This document shows positions 59,413 to 64,000 of a stretch of DNA of 64,000 bases, in pieces (position 1 is the first letter of the stretch; every line of letters starts with the position of its first letter). The position numbers and the translations under genes are program-made. A model generated the notes under the pieces. It was not told the DNA's origin, did no database searches, and saw only the letters and a program-made list of their open reading frames with translations. Source of the DNA: an uncultured Bacillota bacterium (GTDB lineage Bacteria > Bacillota_I > Bacilli_A > RFN20 > CAG-826); NCBI GenBank assembly GCA_949299565.1, contig OX437086.1:678919-742918 (forward strand). Reading direction: 5' to 3'.

Positions 59413-60972
59413 TTATCTTTTCCCTAGAACTAAAAATTCTTTTTTACGGCTATTTTGATAATCGTTGAGACGAAATTCGCCATATAATTCAACTTTCTCC
59501 CCTTCATGAAAATTTTTCTCGCCAAGAGTGAAGGAAAAAAGCGTCAGACCGTTAGAAATGCTCGTCAACAAAAAGCGTCCGTCGCGCGTGAATGATAATT
59601 CCTCAACTTCAATTTTTTCAAGAAGAAAGATTGGAGACGGAAAACCTTGGCCATAAGGTTCTAAACGCAAAACAAGCTCGGCATTTTCTTCATTGATTTC
59701 ATCGAAGAAAAGAGGACAGTATTTATTTTTTTCATCAACTGTTGATGGCTGGAAGCGCTTCTTTAGAGCATAAGCGATAAATTCTTTTCGAAATCTTAAA
59801 AAATCTTCTTCCTTGATGCTAAGCCCCGCTGCATGTTGATGGCCGCCGTAAGAAAGAGGCGTAAAACTTAACGAATCGATTATTTCCCGGCAATCAAAAC
59901 CAGAAGGAACGCGCATGGAACCGACTAAAGATCCTTGATGAAGGTTTGAACGGGCAAAGACCGCGACGGGTTTTTCTTTTTTTTGCAAAATAGCGTTCGC
60001 GATTAAGCCGTTAAGCCCTTCTTTTCCATCAAAAACATAAGCGTACGCCACATCATCGTCTCGAAGAGAAAAACTATTCGTCGCCTCTTTCGTCAGCTCC
60101 TTGCGCTTATTGTTGATGTTTTTAAAACAAGTCGCTAAAGCTTTTTGTTCTTTAAGATCATCGCTTGCAAAATAACGGACAAGGCGATTAGTTTGATGCC
60201 CTTCTTCCAATCGTCCGACCGCGTTAATCGAGGGAATTACTTTCAAAGAAAAGTTTTTATAATTCGCTTCGCTTCCGTCTAAAAGAAGCGAAAGAGAAGG
60301 AAAATTGTATTTTTTCTGATATTTTTCAAGCAGTTGAACGATGATGCGATTATGCTCTTTTAATTCCATCATATCGCTCAATGTCGAAAGTCCGCCAAGC
60401 GCTATAAGATATGGATCATCATTCTTCAAAAGAGCAGAGGCAAAAAGCGATGAAAGATAGCCAGCAGAAACGCTTGGGGCCGGATAGTTTAAGGTAAAAG
60501 GATGAATGAGAGCCTCAAGAGGAGGGATCTCTGCATTTAGACTGTGATGATCGATAGCCATGGCGCGAATCCCTAATTCTTTCGCCCTTCTTAAAGGAGA
60601 AAAGCAACTGACGCCATTATCGACAAGAAAAATGTAACGAAATCCAGCGCTCGCGATTTTCTCTAAGTTTTGATCGTTGAGGCCATAGCCATCTAAATAA
60701 CGGGACGGCAGATAAAAACTAACGTCTAATCCGTATTTTTTAAGCGCTAAATAGATGATTGAAGTCGCCATCGCACCATCACAATCATAATCTCCGTAAA
60801 TAAGAACTTTTGCCCCTTCATTGCGCGCGTCATTTAAAAAAGCAATCGCCTTTTGGCATTCTTCGTTTTCTTCAAAATGTGGAAGCAAAAAAGGAGAAGG
60901 CTCTCGGCACAACTTCCGATAAGCCTCCTCATCAATCTTTAAATAATCGAAGAGACGTTCACGAAACGTCAT
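59413..60972 (-). CDS. recJ: DHH/DHHA1 single-stranded-DNA exonuclease RecJ, short form
   Basis: DHH motifs (YGDYDCDGAMA, DHH at AIDHHS) and a DHHA1 GGH motif (GGHQHAAG). Lies between secDF and relA, as recJ(yrvE) does in Bacillus. Lacks the C-terminal OB domain (519 aa). Confidence 0.7.
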   Translation of the reverse strand: MTFRERLFDYLKIDEEAYRKLCREPSPFLLPHFEENEECQKAIAFLNDARNEGAKVLIYGDYDCDGAMATSIIYLALKKYGLDVSFYLPSRYLDGYGLNDQNLEKIASAGFRYIFLVDNGVSCFSPLRRAKELGIRAMAIDHHSLNAEIPPLEALIHPFTLNYPAPSVSAGYLSSLFASALLKNDDPYLIALGGLSTLSDMMELKEHNRIIVQLLEKYQKKYNFPSLSLLLDGSEANYKNFSLKVIPSINAVGRLEEGHQTNRLVRYFASDDLKEQKALATCFKNINNKRKELTKEATNSFSLRDDDVAYAYVFDGKEGLNGLIANAILQKKEKPVAVFARSNLHQGSLVGSMRVPSGFDCREIIDSLSFTPLSYGGHQHAAGLSIKEEDFLRFRKEFIAYALKKRFQPSTVDEKNKYCPLFFDEINEENAELVLRLEPYGQGFPSPIFLLEKIEVEELSFTRDGRFLLTSISNGLTLFSFTLGEKNFHEGEKVELYGEFRLNDYQNSRKKEFLVLGKR

Positions 60973-63758
60973 CAGTCATTGATCCCGATGAAGATGGCCT
61001 CTTCAGGCTCGCTGCTCTTCTTCTTTTTCACGTCATCTCCAGAAGTTTTCTTCCGTTCGTGACGGAGAAGATTTTCAAGCTTTTGGAAATGAATTGCCAA
61101 GAAATTGCTAAGAGGCGCCAATAAGACCAAAATGAAGAGCAAGAGGAATAAGGATCCAACCAAGATTCCAAGATAAGTCATTCTCCACGCTTCCGGACCG
61201 ATTCCAAAGAAGAAGGCCCAACTAAAGAATGACAAAAGAGCGAATATAATGATATCTCCGGCTCCTTCAGAAACGCTTCTCGTTAAGCATGTCGCCTGGA
61301 ATTCTAGATTTCGCTTATCTTTTTCGCGCGAATCTTTCGCCAAAGAACGAGCTTTGTCAAGAATATAAGCGCAGAAGAGGAAACCTAACACGCCAATTGC
61401 AATTGCTCCTAAGGAAACGATTGGGGTAACTGGAATTCTTGTAAGCGAGAAGAAAGCTAGCGGCAATAAAGAAGAACCGGCAATCAAAACGTTCGCGACA
61501 ATTCCGCGGCTCAAACGGAAACGAATAAGGAAATAAACAGCAGCCGATAAAAGTCCGATTCCATAGCCGAGCCAAACGCTTTCAAGAGTCGGCAAGCCTG
61601 GTTCAATGTCGACAAAAGAAACTTCAGCATCGAGGCGATCGCCGGCGTAATAAACAGAGGCAGCCTCTAAAGCATCGCTCAAACTTGTATACTCGTTGCC
61701 GTTAACCCGATAATAACCCTCATTCATCAAATTGATGAGTGGCACTTCAAAATAATAAACGTCATAAACAATTCTGGAATATGAGTCAAAGACGTTTCCT
61801 TCTTCAAATATGACATCGCTATAATCGTCAGTCGCAAGCGGGAGATAGGTTTCTCCTTCATCGTTAGAATGTTCGATAAGCGGCAAGAAATCATCTTGCA
61901 ACTGCGAAACACTGGCCAATAAAAGCGTTTCTTCAGTCCCCGATTCAACCCGATATTCAATATTTAATGATGTCGCATCATCATAGGCGTTGCCGTAATT
62001 ATAAGGCGTTCCGCTTAAGGAGTTGAAAGTGGCGATACCGACGATTGAGGCGCACATCAAAGCGCCGAAAAGTCCGCCGATCCATTTCTTATGCTTAGCA
62101 AAATTCGTCGTTGCGTAAGGACCGAAATATGAAGGTTTTTCCTCTTTGAGCAAATTGGGAATTTTGCTGAGATCGCAGCCATAAATCTTGTCTAATTTGT
62201 TCTCGCTAGCGGCGTCGTTAGCAAGTAACCATCCTTCAAGACGCAAGATAAGAAGGTTGGTGACGCCGGAGAAGAAACCGCCTAAAACGAGAATCAAACC
62301 TAATTGTCCGACAGCGCCAGGAACTAAGGAATATACGCAAACACCGATTAAAATCGCGATGATCGAGGCGTCGAACACTGGCCAAAAGGTCTTTTTCATC
62401 GCTTCGTGATGCGATTTTTTAAGGGTTCGTCCTTCATATAATTGCTCTTTGATTTTGGCGAAGTAAACAACGCCGCCAAAAGCAGCAATCAAAGCCACGA
62501 GAATAAGACCCACAAGCGTTCCGATTCCGAATTGTGAAGAGAAATATGCATATAGAAGCATCGTGCTGAGGAGAGTAACTCCAACGTTGGCAGTGATGCC
62601 CAAAGCGCCTAAGCGATAGAAACAAGCGAGGACAACGATTCCGACAGCCAAAGAAATAAGCGAAGCGATTGCAGTCCAGCCAAGCGTTGGCGATAAGTGC
62701 CAATCTCCGGCAGTGATTAAAGGCTCGCTCGTTGGGGCGATATCGCTGTAATAAGCATAAGTAACATCATATCCCACGCCTTCACCGACGATGTCGGCAT
62801 AAGAAGAGGCGTTGAGCATATTCATATAGAAAAAGGCAGCTTTATAAGCGGCACCAGCCCTGCTTTCATCAAATTGTCCCGATTCAATCGCGCTCGAATT
62901 AGGAACAAGTTGAAGACGGGTATAATCTAAGTCATCGTCGCTATCGTCATACCAAGCCGAAGCGGCATTCTCGCCGAAAAGGAGACGAGAAGACATGTTC
63001 GGATCGTAATTCTCATTTTCAGAATCACTAGCTTCAGCAAAATTATCGCCTTCTTGCCGATTAGCCCAAAGAACCAAATAGCAATCAGAGCCTTCTTCTC
63101 CAGTGCTGGAATCAGGCGCTACAGTGTTTTCCTGACAATAATTGATAAGTTCTGCCAAAGGGCCGTCAGCTCCGGCTGCTTCATCATTTACCTCAACCGT
63201 GACGACAGGAATATCGTTCACATAACGGATATCGGCAGTATTGCCTTCAATCAAACGATTCTCAGTAAAAACATCGTATGAAGGCGCGCCGCTGACGATT
63301 TCTTCGTCAGTGCTACCAGCAGCCACCGTAATATTTTCACCGCTATAAGCCAAATAACGGGTGATATAATTATATTCAACTTCGTCAGCGTCTTGGGCTC
63401 TGATTTGAACTTTGATCGTGTTATAACCCTCTTTAATAACCGTTGAATTGACGCCCCATGTTTCTAAGCGCCGTTCCATTTCCTCGCTGACAGCGTCAAC
63501 GGCTTGATAGCCGTCATCCTGGATGTAATTATCAGGATCGACCCCGTTATAAGTTGTACCATGCTCAGAGATCTTGAAAACCAATTCACGCCCTGCTCCA
63601 TACGTCAAATCGGTATCCATGCTTGTGATAGCACTTCCGATCGTTGCAGCTCCGGCAAAGATTAAGGCAGAAGAGAGCAAAATATAAGCTAATTTACGTC
63701 GCATTGTCGACCTCCGATGATGGAAGAAAAACCAGCCAAAAAGCCTGGCACGTGACAC
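60972..63758 (-). CDS. secDF: Fused protein translocase subunit SecDF with an expanded acidic extracytoplasmic domain
   Basis: SecD-type N-terminal helix, a P1 domain, and two six-helix bundles with the conserved SecD/SecF core (…GPVVGLILVALIAAFGG…). In the conserved position between ruvB and recJ. 928 aa. Confidence 0.7.
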   Translation of the reverse strand: MSRARLFGWFFFHHRRSTMRRKLAYILLSSALIFAGAATIGSAITSMDTDLTYGAGRELVFKISEHGTTYNGVDPDNYIQDDGYQAVDAVSEEMERRLETWGVNSTVIKEGYNTIKVQIRAQDADEVEYNYITRYLAYSGENITVAAGSTDEEIVSGAPSYDVFTENRLIEGNTADIRYVNDIPVVTVEVNDEAAGADGPLAELINYCQENTVAPDSSTGEEGSDCYLVLWANRQEGDNFAEASDSENENYDPNMSSRLLFGENAASAWYDDSDDDLDYTRLQLVPNSSAIESGQFDESRAGAAYKAAFFYMNMLNASSYADIVGEGVGYDVTYAYYSDIAPTSEPLITAGDWHLSPTLGWTAIASLISLAVGIVVLACFYRLGALGITANVGVTLLSTMLLYAYFSSQFGIGTLVGLILVALIAAFGGVVYFAKIKEQLYEGRTLKKSHHEAMKKTFWPVFDASIIAILIGVCVYSLVPGAVGQLGLILVLGGFFSGVTNLLILRLEGWLLANDAASENKLDKIYGCDLSKIPNLLKEEKPSYFGPYATTNFAKHKKWIGGLFGALMCASIVGIATFNSLSGTPYNYGNAYDDATSLNIEYRVESGTEETLLLASVSQLQDDFLPLIEHSNDEGETYLPLATDDYSDVIFEEGNVFDSYSRIVYDVYYFEVPLINLMNEGYYRVNGNEYTSLSDALEAASVYYAGDRLDAEVSFVDIEPGLPTLESVWLGYGIGLLSAAVYFLIRFRLSRGIVANVLIAGSSLLPLAFFSLTRIPVTPIVSLGAIAIGVLGFLFCAYILDKARSLAKDSREKDKRNLEFQATCLTRSVSEGAGDIIIFALLSFFSWAFFFGIGPEAWRMTYLGILVGSLFLLLFILVLLAPLSNFLAIHFQKLENLLRHERKKTSGDDVKKKKSSEPEEAIFIGIND

Positions 63759-63816
63759 ATTCTAAACGTCTCTGCCTCTTCTTTCAATAAACTAGAGCCC
63801 TAAAGGGCTATTATTT

Positions 63817-64000
63817 TTAAAAAGGAAGGTGCATTTGATGCGGTTTATGGAGATGTTGATAAGCTTTTTCAGTCACAACCCTCCCACGCGGAGTGCGGTT
63901 GACGAGCCCCGACATCACAAGGTAGGGTTCATAAACATCTTCGAGATTCGTAATCTCTTCCCCGATCGAGGCTGCGATAGATTCAAGTCCGACCGGACCG
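63817..64000 (-). CDS. ruvB: Holliday junction helicase RuvB, C-terminal end (5' part beyond the window)
   Basis: Minus-strand translation [50 protein letters not shown] matches the RuvB C-terminal winged-helix domain. Confidence 0.8.
   Translation of the reverse strand, partial: GPVGLESIAASIGEEITNLEDVYEPYLVMSGLVNRTPRGRVVTEKAYQHLHKPHQMHLPF

Noticed and set aside
1-64000. CRISPR arrays, IS elements or prophage genes
   Set aside because: No repeat-spacer periodicity, transposase, integrase (other than the chromosomal xerD) or phage structural ORFs were seen. The window is core chromosome.

Overview
This is a low-GC (~40%) chromosomal window from a Firmicutes- or Tenericutes-like bacterium that reads TGA as stop, and it is almost entirely core housekeeping sequence. 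It holds about 60 genes in Bacillus-like syntenic blocks: hemW-hrcA-grpE-dnaK-dnaJ-rsmE-mtaB, ybeY-cdd-era-recO-glyQS-dnaG-sigA-trmK-nif3, plsY/parE-parC, yqeG-yqeH-nadD::yqeK-rsfS, xerD-deoB, nusB-xseA-xseB-dxs, and ruvB-secDF-recJ-relA-hisS-aspS. Other calls include the MEP-pathway genes dxs, ispG and ispH, transketolase, efp, deoC, nfo and a DEAD-box helicase. Many adjacent genes overlap by 4 bp (ATGA), typical of a compact genome. Genes before ~40.2 kb run on the + strand and genes after ~40.8 kb run on the - strand. They converge on a 570-bp AT-rich gap that contains a strong match to the Firmicute dif site, with xerD 5 kb away, so this is probably the replication terminus. I found no rRNA, tRNA or CRISPR array. 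Two small ribosomal-protein genes, rpsU and rpmG, fall below the ORF-track size cutoff. The accessory content is modest. It comprises a secreted M6-type HExxH metalloprotease lipoprotein next to a C39 cysteine peptidase fused to an ABC-exporter membrane domain that has no ATPase domain. This pair sits where Bacillus has phoH-yqfF. There is also an AT-rich island with an orphan membrane protein, an SBP-permease-oxidoreductase operon with no ATPase gene, and a pair of CIRCE-like operators around the hrcA promoter.
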